64,000 nt of DNA from Tulanevirus 60ahydrpp (taxonomy: Duplodnaviria; Heunggongvirae; Uroviricota; Caudoviricetes; Straboviridae): the IMG/VR virus record IMGVR_UViG_2974724359_000001, positions 83,795 to 147,794 of that record, one strand, 5' to 3'. A model generated the notes under the pieces. That model was not told where the DNA came from, did not search any database, and was given only the letters and a program-made list of their open reading frames with translations. A program made the position numbers and the translations under genes. Shown piece by piece: positions 9,398 to 18,184 of the stretch (the stretch's first letter is position 1; each line of letters opens with the position of its first letter).

Positions 9398-10714
9398 ATG
9401 GTAACATATGATGATTTGACTGTTGGTCAAAAAGATGCTATTGAAAAAGCACTCCAAGCAATGAGAACTAAACGCCATATTACCATTCGAGGGCCTGCGG
9501 GCTCTGGTAAAACTACCATGACTCGTTTTTTGCTTGAGCGTCTTTTCCAGACCGGTCAACAAGGTATTGTTCTCACAGCACCTACACACCAAGCAAAGAA
9601 AGAATTGTCCAAGCACGCCTTGCGCAAGTCGTATACAATTCAGTCTGTCCTGAAGATTAACCCAAGCACTCTTGAAGAAAATCAAATTTTTGAGCAGAAA
9701 GGTACTCCTGACTTCTCCAAAACACGCGTGCTTATCTGTGACGAAGTGTCGTTTTATACCCGCAAATTGTTTGACATTCTGATGCGAAATGTTCCATCTC
9801 ATTGTGTTGTTATCGGCATTGGAGATAAGGCGCAAATTCGGGGAGTATCAGAAGATGATACGCATGAACTCAGTCCATTCTTTACGGACAATCGATTTGA
9901 ACAAGTTGAATTGACCGAAGTAAAGCGTCACCAAGGCCCAATCATTGAAGTTGCAACAGATATCCGAAATGGCAAATGGATTTATGAAAAGCTTGACGAT
10001 TCTGGCAATGGAGTAAAGCAATTTCATACGGTCAAAGATTTTCTTTCAAAATATTTCGAAAGAACAAAAACGCCTAATGACCTACTTGAAAATCGCATAA
10101 TGGCTTACACAAACAATTCTGTTGATAAGCTAAATTCCGTTATCCGCAAACAGCTGTATGGAGCAAACGCTGCGCCATTCTTACCGGATGAAATACTGGT
10201 CATGCAAGAACCACTCATGTTTGACATAGACATTGGTGGCCAAACTCTAAAAGAAGTCATTTTCAACAATGGACAAAACGTACGGGTTATAAACGTCAAA
10301 CCTTCTCGCAAAACGCTTAAAGCAAAAGGTGTCGGCGAAATTGAAGTCGAATGCACAATGCTCGAGTGTGAATCTTATGAAGAAGATGAAGATGACTATA
10401 GACGGGCGTGGTTTACGGTTGTTCATGACCAAAATACTCAATATGCAATAAACGAATTTTTGTCTATTATTGCTGAAAAATATAGAAGTCGTGAAGTTTT
10501 CCCCAACTGGAAAGACTTCTGGACAATAAGCAATACTTTCACCAAAGTTCGACCCTTGGGTGCAATGACATTTCATAAATCACAGGGTTCAACATTCGAT
10601 AATGCATATCTTTTTACTCCGTGTTTGCATCAATATTGCAGAGACCCGGATGTTGCACAGGAATTGATTTATGTCGGAAATACTCGTGCCCGCAAAAATG
10701 TCTGTTTCGTATAA
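9398..10714 (+). CDS. dda: Dda SF1B DNA helicase
   Basis: GPAGSGKT, APTHQAK, ICDEVS, IGDKAQI, TFHKSQGST, YVGNTRAR. Confidence 0.95.
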   Translation: MVTYDDLTVGQKDAIEKALQAMRTKRHITIRGPAGSGKTTMTRFLLERLFQTGQQGIVLTAPTHQAKKELSKHALRKSYTIQSVLKINPSTLEENQIFEQKGTPDFSKTRVLICDEVSFYTRKLFDILMRNVPSHCVVIGIGDKAQIRGVSEDDTHELSPFFTDNRFEQVELTEVKRHQGPIIEVATDIRNGKWIYEKLDDSGNGVKQFHTVKDFLSKYFERTKTPNDLLENRIMAYTNNSVDKLNSVIRKQLYGANAAPFLPDEILVMQEPLMFDIDIGGQTLKEVIFNNGQNVRVINVKPSRKTLKAKGVGEIEVECTMLECESYEEDEDDYRRAWFTVVHDQNTQYAINEFLSIIAEKYRSREVFPNWKDFWTISNTFTKVRPLGAMTFHKSQGSTFDNAYLFTPCLHQYCRDPDVAQELIYVGNTRARKNVCFV

Positions 10715-10889
10715 GTATCCTGAAAAAGCGATTTATAGACCAGGTCAACTGGTCTATTTTATCAAAAACGGGTATCGCTATAGCGGAACCGTATTACAAT
10801 ACAAATTCGGAGGTTATCGCATATTGAGTGATGCTTTTGATATGGTATTGCACATTAAACCGAACCAAGTGGAGAGTAGATTAGTATGA
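10671..10889 (+). CDS. Hypothetical protein
   Basis: Fills the dda-dexA gap; start uncertain. Confidence 0.5.
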   Translation: MSEILVPAKMSVSYKYPEKAIYRPGQLVYFIKNGYRYSGTVLQYKFGGYRILSDAFDMVLHIKPNQVESRLV

Positions 10890-11551
10890 GCAAAGTGACA
10901 GATTTTATTATTGACTGGGAAACTATGGGCAATGCTCCTGACGGTGCAGTAGTTGACCTTGCTGTTTTAGTGTTTGAGCATGACCCGTACAAACTGCCTA
11001 CGTTTGAAGATCTGTGTAAACGTGGGCGTCGATTCAAATTCAATCTCCAAGAACAAAAAGGCATGAGATTCTTTGACCAAGGCACTATCGATTGGTGGAA
11101 AAAACAAGACGCCGAAGCTCAAAAGCATCTTAAACCGTCGAACGAAGATGTCAGTGTCATGGAATTTTATGAAAGCTTCCTTGATTTTCTTGCGGCACAA
11201 GGGTTTGACAAGAAAACAGGTCAGGGCTGGTGTCGCGGTCAAAGCTTCGATTTTCCTATTATGATCGATGTTATCCGCAAAATTTACAACACCCGTGAAA
11301 CATTCAAATACGAGCCATGTTTCTTCTGGCAGCAACGCGATGTTCGTACTGCTGTAGAAGCTACTCTGCTGATGCGAGATATGACCATGTGCCCTATGCC
11401 GAAGGGTGTTTTGGATGGATTTGTTGCTCATAACGCAATTCACGATTGTGCCAAGGCTGCGCTAGAATTGCTTTATTCCAAGCGATATGCTCTCGGTCTC
11501 GACGATATTCCCACTGGTGATGATGTTGACCCGCGGAGTGTCCGTAAATGA
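10886..11551 (+). CDS. dexA: DexA 3'-5' exonuclease
   Basis: DEDDh: IIDWETMG, WCRGQSFDFPI, FWQQRDVRT, HNAIHDCA. Confidence 0.93.
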   Translation: MSKVTDFIIDWETMGNAPDGAVVDLAVLVFEHDPYKLPTFEDLCKRGRRFKFNLQEQKGMRFFDQGTIDWWKKQDAEAQKHLKPSNEDVSVMEFYESFLDFLAAQGFDKKTGQGWCRGQSFDFPIMIDVIRKIYNTRETFKYEPCFFWQQRDVRTAVEATLLMRDMTMCPMPKGVLDGFVAHNAIHDCAKAALELLYSKRYALGLDDIPTGDDVDPRSVRK

Positions 11552-11805
11552 TAGTTGTTTTCGGAGAGGGGTTGAAAAAACCCCTTCTTTTATCGCACAT
11601 CACCTGGCATGATGGCAAAATTCAAAGTGCTTATGTCATTAACGGGGCATGGGAATTTAGCAGGGTTGATGGAGTTTTGTGTGTCGAAGGTGATGTTAAT
11701 TCTCCAATGGAAGAATTCCAAATTGCAATAGATGTTCCTCAGGCGTTTGTTAGTGGTGATTACAATGCAATCATCGAATGGGCTAAAAATGAGGTATCAG
11801 AATGA
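11548..11805 (+). CDS. Hypothetical protein
   Basis: ATGA-coupled ORF. Confidence 0.6.
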   Translation: MIVVFGEGLKKPLLLSHITWHDGKIQSAYVINGAWEFSRVDGVLCVEGDVNSPMEEFQIAIDVPQAFVSGDYNAIIEWAKNEVSE

Positions 11806-12050
11806 TTTACGAACATTACGACACAGATAGCTTCTGGGGTACAACGATCCAAACAGCAATGGAAATCCGAAATCGGTTGAATTCAACGATGTTTCTGCGG
11901 TTTGTCAAACGAAAAGATTATAATGCGCGATATGAAGCGTTGATTAAATCTATTGGTGAAATGCTTGGGCAAAAACATCCGACGGCCAAAACTTGGGTAG
12001 CAAAACCCAATCCTTTCAGGGATGGTGTACTAGTGGAGATTCGAGAATGA
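11802..12050 (+). CDS. Hypothetical protein
   Basis: ATGA-coupled ORF with GAGG RBS. Confidence 0.6.
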   Translation: MIYEHYDTDSFWGTTIQTAMEIRNRLNSTMFLRFVKRKDYNARYEALIKSIGEMLGQKHPTAKTWVAKPNPFRDGVLVEIRE

Positions 12051-12436
12051 AAGAAAATTACGCTTGGCTAGCATATCACTTCGGCTTGGTTCCAGCAAAT
12101 GGTTGCAAATACGGCACACGTGGATTCACGTTTGCTAGCAATAACCCGCACTTTGCAAAATTCATTTCAACTGAAGATTTTTGTGCTATTTTGCGAGTCG
12201 CACGACACTGCTTCCTCAAGGGTCGCGAAGTTGCCGTTTATGATCATGACAGATTGATTTACGGCTGCTTGTCTGGGGCGGATGAGCTTTTTATCAGAAG
12301 TCGAGACACTCGAAAACTGAAGTTTCAGTTTTGGCTATCAAAATCAGCGACCCATCATGTTTTGAACCGCGTAATCAATACTGATTTCCGATGGATTCAA
12401 CGAACCAAACGAGGCCCAAAATGGATCAGCAAGTAA
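12047..12436 (+). CDS. Hypothetical protein
   Basis: ATGA-coupled ORF with GGAG RBS. Confidence 0.6.
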   Translation: MKENYAWLAYHFGLVPANGCKYGTRGFTFASNNPHFAKFISTEDFCAILRVARHCFLKGREVAVYDHDRLIYGCLSGADELFIRSRDTRKLKFQFWLSKSATHHVLNRVINTDFRWIQRTKRGPKWISK

Positions 12437-12900
12437 ATGAAGAGGTAGTTGTTTATCTGGATATTGATGGTGTTCTCAATACGAGTGATGATCACACGGA
12501 ATGGAGAACTGACCGGAACAGTCACTTGTATCGCGTTTCACCATACAATCGTGGCGATTTTGTCAGCAACCATAGACTCAGTTTGCTAAGGGAATGGGTA
12601 AAGAAACATGATGCTAAAGTGGTTATAATTAGCTCGTGGGTCGTTTTGCGTGATACTGGAAAAATGATATGTGATTTTCTCGAACTTCCATATCATTCAG
12701 AAGCATACGATACTGGCGGTGGAAAATCTCGTGGCGCCGGTGTTCTTCGTCATGTGGCCGATCATAATATCCATAGATGGGTGGTCTTGGATGACGCCAA
12801 GTGCATGCATGACCATGATGAGGTCCTACTTAGGCACCTGGTTCATATCCAAGGTGGTCTCAATGAATCATATTTGGAAGAGGCAGACTTCATTCTGTGA
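12421..12900 (+). CDS. HAD-family phosphatase (Swiss-Army-Knife RNA-repair-like HAD)
   Basis: YLDIDGVLN motif I, IISSW motif II, WVVLDD motif IV. Confidence 0.8.
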   Translation: MDQQVNEEVVVYLDIDGVLNTSDDHTEWRTDRNSHLYRVSPYNRGDFVSNHRLSLLREWVKKHDAKVVIISSWVVLRDTGKMICDFLELPYHSEAYDTGGGKSRGAGVLRHVADHNIHRWVVLDDAKCMHDHDEVLLRHLVHIQGGLNESYLEEADFIL

Positions 12901-12938
12901 CACTGGGTGGTCACGCCCGAGAGTCACCTGGGAAACAG

Positions 12939-13087
12939 CATAAATAAAAAGTCAGTTGAATTGATAAAACAACTGAGTGATTAACTGGAATAAAAAGAAC
13001 CGGGCTTCGCCCGTCGTGCTTGCACGAATCCAGTTTATCGTTTCATCTGATTTATATAGGGGCTCTTCGGAGCCCCTTGTTGTTTTT
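12939..13087 (+). ncRNA. Candidate structured small RNA ending in an intrinsic terminator
   Basis: ORF-free; CATAAATA late-promoter-like box; hairpin 12952-12976; three-way junction 12979-13039; terminator 13059-13087. Confidence 0.4.
13059..13087 (+). terminator. Rho-independent terminator
   Basis: ggggctc-TTCG-gagcccc followed by ttgttgttttt. Confidence 0.85.
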
Positions 13088-13096
13088 ACAAAACTA

Positions 13097-13125
13097 GTGT
13101 ACAAGATAGTGCTTCATGATAAAAT
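13097..13125 (+). promoter_or_regulatory. Early promoter GTGTAC-17-TAAAAT
   Basis: Consensus match followed by ATAGCTTCAAGTTAAAC leader and AGGAG RBS. Confidence 0.8.
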
Positions 13126-13157
13126 AGCTTCAAGTTAAACAACAAGGAGTACTTTTT

Positions 13158-13409
13158 ATGATTTACACAATTAACAAATTCGGTGTAGCATTTGCAATTG
13201 AAGCCAACATTTGTGCTTATTCGATTGCTTCTAGAGGCTGTCAAGTTTTCTCGTGTGCTGATGATATGTATGCTACTATGGATCCTCAGGCTGTCGGTTA
13301 CGAGTATCACGTCAAGCAAGATGGCGATGCTATCATTTGCGAACTCGAACAGACCAACGTTCGTGTAGAAAAAGATTTTGTTGAATTTATCTCTGAGTAC
13401 GAAATTTAA
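13158..13409 (+). CDS. Hypothetical early protein
   Basis: ORF after promoter and RBS. Confidence 0.7.
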   Translation: MIYTINKFGVAFAIEANICAYSIASRGCQVFSCADDMYATMDPQAVGYEYHVKQDGDAIICELEQTNVRVEKDFVEFISEYEI

Positions 13410-13448
13410 GTGTACAACTGATGTGGCTGTTTTATAATGGCCACATCA
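13410..13448 (+). promoter_or_regulatory. Early promoter GTGTAC-17-TATAAT with a 13-bp inverted repeat (two G-T pairs) around the -10
   Basis: tgatgtggctgtt/aatggccacatca at 13419-13431/13436-13448. Confidence 0.8.
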
Positions 13449-13463
13449 AACAAACATGGAGTA

Positions 13464-13685
13464 ATGAAAATGCGTATTTCCAAAGATTTCTTCCTTGACG
13501 TAATGTTTTCCAACAAGGTTTCTGTTGTCGAGAAATCTCACGAAGAGCATCTTTGCTATACCACTGTTCTGTATGTTTTCGAAGGCAATACTCGAATTGC
13601 TGTTCTCGAACGGGTTATCACCGCAGAAGGTACCACCTGGGTGCTGAAAGAAGGTGTCTATGAAGAACTGAAGGGTAAAATCTGA
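13464..13685 (+). CDS. cef: Cef-like protein (T4 modifier of suppressor tRNAs)
   Basis: FLDVMF...VVEKSH...TVLYVFE...RVITAEGTTW resembles T4 Cef; syntenic upstream of 39. Confidence 0.55.
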   Translation: MKMRISKDFFLDVMFSNKVSVVEKSHEEHLCYTTVLYVFEGNTRIAVLERVITAEGTTWVLKEGVYEELKGKI

Positions 13686-14005
13686 TGGGAGCTCCGAATC
13701 ATAGATTGCTGTTGTGTGAAGAAAAAAGTCATGGAGTTGAAAAGGAATTGTATGGCCTTTTCATCGAAATGAACTCCATTGGTGCAAACAATCAAGACAC
13801 TTGGGGCAAACTCTTTAAGACTAAGGCATACAATGAGTCTCAGGCTCAAATGGCTGAGTATAAAGAGAAAATTCGCAAAATCATTGCGACTAATTTTCCG
13901 CAATCTGTCACGTGCGCGTACGAGCTGATTGGTTTGAGGGGAATTGTCGATGTTTCCATGAAACGTGGACAACGAATTTTAGTGAAACTTCAATACGAGC
14001 AATAA
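13685..14005 (+). CDS. Hypothetical protein
   Basis: Coupled ORF. Confidence 0.6.
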   Translation: MGAPNHRLLLCEEKSHGVEKELYGLFIEMNSIGANNQDTWGKLFKTKAYNESQAQMAEYKEKIRKIIATNFPQSVTCAYELIGLRGIVDVSMKRGQRILVKLQYEQ

Positions 14006-14007
14006 AA

Positions 14008-14232
14008 ATGAGAATTCGTCTTGTTGATGAGAAAGGTTTCATAAATGCAAACCGCCAAGACAGTCAATCTTACAAATTGGCAAGGACTATTGTTGAATTT
14101 GCAAAAGGGAGGCAACTTCGTGTTATAGGCAATGATGGCCCCGAATGGCTTCTCAATGTCTGCGGTCGTTGTTGGCGCGGCAGAATTTCTGCGAACTGCA
14201 AGCAATATTTCGAGGTTCAAAATGAAAATTAA
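14008..14232 (+). CDS. Hypothetical protein
   Basis: Tiles the operon. Confidence 0.55.
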   Translation: MRIRLVDEKGFINANRQDSQSYKLARTIVEFAKGRQLRVIGNDGPEWLLNVCGRCWRGRISANCKQYFEVQNEN

Positions 14233-14476
14233 ATTGAAAATCCCTCTTTCCGAGTATCAACAGCGTTTTTGCAAAACGGAAGGGCAGAGGTTGTGGGCAA
14301 GTACACTTGAACTGAAATCCAAATCTGGAGAACTTGAAGTTCTCGAAACAATGCCAGATGGGACATTGAGAACAAATGCTACTTTCCTTGGATACCACAT
14401 TGGAATTCCACTCGAAGAACAACGATATTTTGAATTTGAGGAGCAAAAACGATTGATGACGTTAAAATTGATATGA
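14222..14476 (+). CDS. Hypothetical protein
   Basis: Tiles the operon, GAGG RBS. Confidence 0.55.
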   Translation: MKIKLKIPLSEYQQRFCKTEGQRLWASTLELKSKSGELEVLETMPDGTLRTNATFLGYHIGIPLEEQRYFEFEEQKRLMTLKLI

Positions 14477-14622
14477 CTAGCAGCTTTAACGCTAGCATGG
14501 CTGTTCCTGCAAGATCGATGGGTTTTGTGATGGGCAAGTTGGTGGAAGAAGTAGGTGAATTTGCCAAGTCGCTGAACCAGCCAGAACGCTGTGATGAACG
14601 CCCAGTCGGTGAAGCTGGGTAG
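14473..14622 (+). pseudogene. Truncated MazG-like NTP pyrophosphohydrolase
   Basis: 49-codon ORF with GKLVEEVGEFAKSL...GEAG then TAG where E-x-x-D is expected. Confidence 0.45.
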
Positions 14623-14821
14623 ACAGCGACCATGCCGTAGTTATCACGAAATGCAAAGGCTTAAGTTTTGATGATTTTTACAATGCGATGCGCAAGATTC
14701 GAATTGTTGAAAAAACCGAGTGTGACTCGGCAAGAGTTCGAGATATGCTTTCGGCTATCGTGGAGCGATCACAAATTCCGATAGAAAATTCTTGTGCCTT
14801 CTGGAAAGATTAAACGCGAAA

Positions 14822-14860
14822 GTTCGCAAAACACAAAGTAGTGATATAATGGGCACTACT
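14822..14860 (+). promoter_or_regulatory. Promoter GTTCGC-17-TATAAT upstream of gene 39, with a 7-bp inverted repeat around the -10
   Basis: agtagtg/cactact at 14837-14843/14854-14860. Confidence 0.65.
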
Positions 14861-14886
14861 CTATCAATTCATTATGAGGAATATTA

Positions 14887-16431
14887 ATGTCTGATGAATT
14901 CAAAGTTCTAACTCCTCGCGAACACGTAATTCTTCGCCCAAATATGTATGTAGGTTCTGTCGCATATGAACCACATGAGCGATTCTTGTTTGGTAAGTAT
15001 CAATCCGTTTCCTATGTTCCGGGTCTGGTAAAAATCATCGATGAAATCATCGATAACTCGGTTGATGAAGGTATTCGTACCGATTTTAAATTTGCAAATA
15101 AGATTGATATTCGCTTTGATTTGCTTGAAGGTTCTGTGACGGTAGTGGATAACGGCCGAGGTATTCCTCAATCGATGGTAAACACTCCAGATGGAGAAAT
15201 GCCTAAGCCTGTTGCTGCCTGGACACAAACTATGGCAGGCTCAAACTTTGATGACACCAACCGTGTATCAATGGGGATGAATGGCGTAGGTTCTTCTCTG
15301 ACAAACTTCTTCTCCAAGACTTTTATCGGTGAAACGTGTGATGGCAAAAACTTTCTCACTGTCACTTGCTCTGATGGTGCATCTCAAGTCAATTGGGAAA
15401 CCAAGCCGGGTAAAATCAAAGGAACGTCGGTATATTTCATCCCTGATGAAAAGCACTTTGAAGGAAAAACGATCGATCAGCAGATAGTAGATATCATTTC
15501 TGATCGAATCACAGCATTGTCCGTGGTGTTCCCGAAGATTAAATTCACCATCAATGGTGAAGTGGCTTCAATGAAGTTTGCAGAATATGCTAAAATGTTC
15601 GGTGATGAATCTATCATTCTCGAAAATGATAATTTTAGCATCGCAATCTGCAATTCTCCTGAAGGATTCCGTCAAGTCAGTTATGTCAATGGTTTGAATA
15701 TCAAGAATGGTGGGTCCCACATCGATTACTTGATAGATGGCATTGCCGACGAACTTATTCCATCAATCAAACGAAAGCATAAAATTGAAATAAGCAAAGC
15801 TCGAATTAAAGAATGCTTGACAATGATTGTGATTGTTCGTGGAATGAGTAATCTTCGGTTTGATTCTCAGACAAAGGAACGTTTGACTAATCCGCTCGGC
15901 GAAGTGAAATCACACATTGAGCTGGATTTCAGAAAATTAGGAAAGCAAATCATGAACAATGATGCTATCCTGATGCCAATCATCGAGGCTGCTCTTGCTC
16001 GTCATCTGGCTGCAGAAAAAGCGGCGTTGTCGAAAGCCCAAAAAGCAGCAGCAAAAACCAAAGTCGCTAAGCATATAAAGGCAGGTTCTTGGGGTGATAC
16101 CACCAAGGAGACTACGCTGTTCCTCACAGAGGGTGATTCGGCTATTGGTTATTTGTTGAGTGTTCGTGACAGCGATCTCCACGGTGGATATGCTCTTCGA
16201 GGAAAGGTTATGAACACTTGGGGAATGAAAGGTTCTGACGTGCTAAAGAACCGAGAATTGGCAGATATCTGTGCAATCATGGGTCTCGATTTAGCCGAAC
16301 CAAACCCATTCAAAAAATTGCCTGATGGAGATTTCTACGAGATTGAGCTGGATGGCGTTATGACCATAGTCAACGAGAATGACGAGGTTCTAATCGATAA
16401 CAAGTGGGTTCAAGCAAAAACACTGATATGA
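14887..16431 (+). CDS. 39: DNA topoisomerase II large subunit gp39 (ATPase plus first half of TOPRIM), T4-type truncated form
   Basis: HVILRPNMYVGS, EIIDNSVDE, DNGRGIP, GMNGVGS, FLTEGDSA, YALRGKVMN; ends with a T4-gp39-like tail (EIELDGVMTIVNENDEVLIDNKW) and lacks the DxD motif. Confidence 0.95.
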   Translation: MSDEFKVLTPREHVILRPNMYVGSVAYEPHERFLFGKYQSVSYVPGLVKIIDEIIDNSVDEGIRTDFKFANKIDIRFDLLEGSVTVVDNGRGIPQSMVNTPDGEMPKPVAAWTQTMAGSNFDDTNRVSMGMNGVGSSLTNFFSKTFIGETCDGKNFLTVTCSDGASQVNWETKPGKIKGTSVYFIPDEKHFEGKTIDQQIVDIISDRITALSVVFPKIKFTINGEVASMKFAEYAKMFGDESIILENDNFSIAICNSPEGFRQVSYVNGLNIKNGGSHIDYLIDGIADELIPSIKRKHKIEISKARIKECLTMIVIVRGMSNLRFDSQTKERLTNPLGEVKSHIELDFRKLGKQIMNNDAILMPIIEAALARHLAAEKAALSKAQKAAAKTKVAKHIKAGSWGDTTKETTLFLTEGDSAIGYLLSVRDSDLHGGYALRGKVMNTWGMKGSDVLKNRELADICAIMGLDLAEPNPFKKLPDGDFYEIELDGVMTIVNENDEVLIDNKWVQAKTLI

Positions 16432-17267
16432 ATTACAAACGTGTTTATGATGAGTTGATAAGTAGGGCGAGACATCGCCCTTCTCCAACCCCTAAAGAAA
16501 GACATCATATAGTAATGCGATCTCTCGGCGGAACTGATGAAGAATCGAATCTAGTAGATTTAACACCGAGAGAACATTTCATTGCTCATGTTTTACTGGC
16601 AAAAATCTCGCCGTGCAAAGAAACGATCTTTGCGTTCAACCGAATGTCGATGCATGGAAACTCAAAGTTGTATCAGTCACTACGAAATATGCATTCGAAA
16701 ATTGTGTCGGACTGGTCTAGAAAATTGATGAGAGATCATGTTGTCGTTAAACTCAAAGCAACAGGTAAAGCTGTTCAAATAAAGAAAACCGAGTATTATG
16801 ATAATATTCATTTATATGTCGGCTTGAATTATGGCAACAGATATGAGATAGACAAAATAAAAGGTATGGCACCGTACAGAAATAAAAGTGGTGATGTTTT
16901 ATATTTGCATAAGACGGATGCTCGTGTTTTGTCTGAGGAATTCAAAGGTATAAATGCTTGGAATCCTGAGCGAACAAGAAAAGCCACAATTGCGGCAGCT
17001 GAAAAGATTAAGTCATTGCCATGGTATCGTATGCCAAAAATTGACAAATCGATAGTTTTTGCTCTTGATGTTTATGATTGGTTTGTTTTGTATTACAATG
17101 AAAATCATCCAAAGAAAACTGGTTTATCTCGATGTATAAAAGAAATTGGAATAAACCCAACATCTACGAAATATCTCAATCGTCTGTTTAGAAAATACAA
17201 AGACGGTTACAACCCATATAGTGACAAAGAATTTGTGGAGTTCATAAATGAGCGCAAAAGCAGTTAA
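16428..17267 (+). mobile_element. MobA-like HNH homing endonuclease between 39 and 60
   Basis: RHHIVMRSLGGTDEESNLVDLTPREHFIAHVLL; ATGA overlap with the gene 39 stop; same position as T4 mobA. Confidence 0.88.
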
Positions 17268-17744
17268 AATTACAAATGTGGATATGGCCCGGTATATGGC
17301 GCAGACAAACACTCGACGGGGTGTGACTAGCAACATGAAATATAAAAACGTTGCCATCATGACTGATGCGGACCCAGACTAGCGGGGTTAATCGACGGTC
17401 AAGGTTCAATTTACCCATGTCTACTCGCGTTCTTTAGTCGTTGGCCAGAACTGTACAACCGGGGCTGCGTACGATTTGTAAAAACTCCGGTAGTCATTCT
17501 TTCTAAAGGAAAGCAGACCAAGTGGTTTTATACCATAACTGAGTTTGATGCGCAAAAGGAAAAGTACAAAGGTTGGGAACTTCGATACATCAAAGGATTG
17601 GGTTCACTTCGCGAACATGAATATTCCGAAGTTGTTAATAACCCTCAATATGATATCGTCGATCTTGGGCCCGATTGGGAAGAATTGTTCGAAATGCTGC
17701 TTGGCGATGAAGCAGAACTTCGAAAACAATGGATGTCACAATGA
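17248..17744 (+). CDS. 60: Topoisomerase II small subunit gp60, interrupted by a 17-nt coding gap (17380-17396); predicted 159 aa by ribosomal bypassing
   Basis: ORF1 17248-17379 MSAKAVKITNVDMARYMAQTNTRRGVTSNMKYKNVAIMTDADPD then TAG; ORF2 from 17397 GQGSIYPCLLAFFSRWPEL...RYIKGLGSL...LRKQWMSQ to TGA 17744; GGAG RBS at 17237; absent from the ORF track. Confidence 0.85.
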
Positions 17745-17746
17745 AA

Positions 17747-17776
17747 AAGGGCTCTTCGGAGCCCTTTGTTGTTTTT
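17747..17776 (+). terminator. Rho-independent terminator
   Basis: aagggctc-TTCG-gagccctt followed by a T tract. Confidence 0.85.
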
Positions 17777-17784
17777 GAAAAACA

Positions 17785-17814
17785 GTGTACAATGCTTAAA
17801 GAGCGTGGTATTAT
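17785..17814 (+). promoter_or_regulatory. Early promoter GTGTAC-18-TATTAT
   Basis: Consensus match; AGGAG RBS downstream. Confidence 0.7.
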
Positions 17815-17844
17815 GGCTCCATCAAATCAACTAAGGAGTACATC

Positions 17845-18096
17845 ATGAAAATCGTTCGAGTTAAATTCAAATCCCCGGAACATCGTAAAGCTTTTGCTAA
17901 ATCTGCCTCGTACAACGCCGAATTTGAGAAATTTATGCCAGACGAATTTTTGGCTCGGTTTGATCCAAACAAAATTGTTCAATACCGTTTGGTCGATTCT
18001 GATGGTGTGATGATCGAGTTGCCGGAATCAACAGGTGGCGGCGGAATCATTTTCGACGATGAAGAACTTCATTATTTCATGGAAATTATTGAATAA
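17845..18096 (+). CDS. Hypothetical early protein, 'FKSxExR' paralog family
   Basis: VKFKSPEHRKAF...EELHYFMEIIE. Confidence 0.75.
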   Translation: MKIVRVKFKSPEHRKAFAKSASYNAEFEKFMPDEFLARFDPNKIVQYRLVDSDGVMIELPESTGGGGIIFDDEELHYFMEIIE

Positions 18097-18111
18097 TTTC
18101 ACAACAAAGCA

Positions 18112-18147
18112 GTTTACAACCGTGGGGCTATGGGATACTATAGCCTT
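18112..18147 (+). promoter_or_regulatory. Early promoter GTTTAC-18-TACTAT with an 8-bp inverted repeat (two G-T pairs)
   Basis: ggggctat/atagcctt at 18124-18131/18140-18147. Confidence 0.75.
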
Positions 18148-18184
18148 AAGTTAAACGAACTGCAAAAACATGGAGTAATTTAAA

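Noticed and set aside
17367-17396. Simple -1 frameshift as the way to decode gene 60
   Set aside because: No X XXY YYZ slippery heptamer, and it would insert extra residues into the invariant DxDxDG motif; matched-codon bypass fits exactly.
17545-17778. 77-aa ORF from the track overlapping gene 60
   Set aside because: Out-of-frame shadow that runs through the terminator; the true product is in the 17397 frame.
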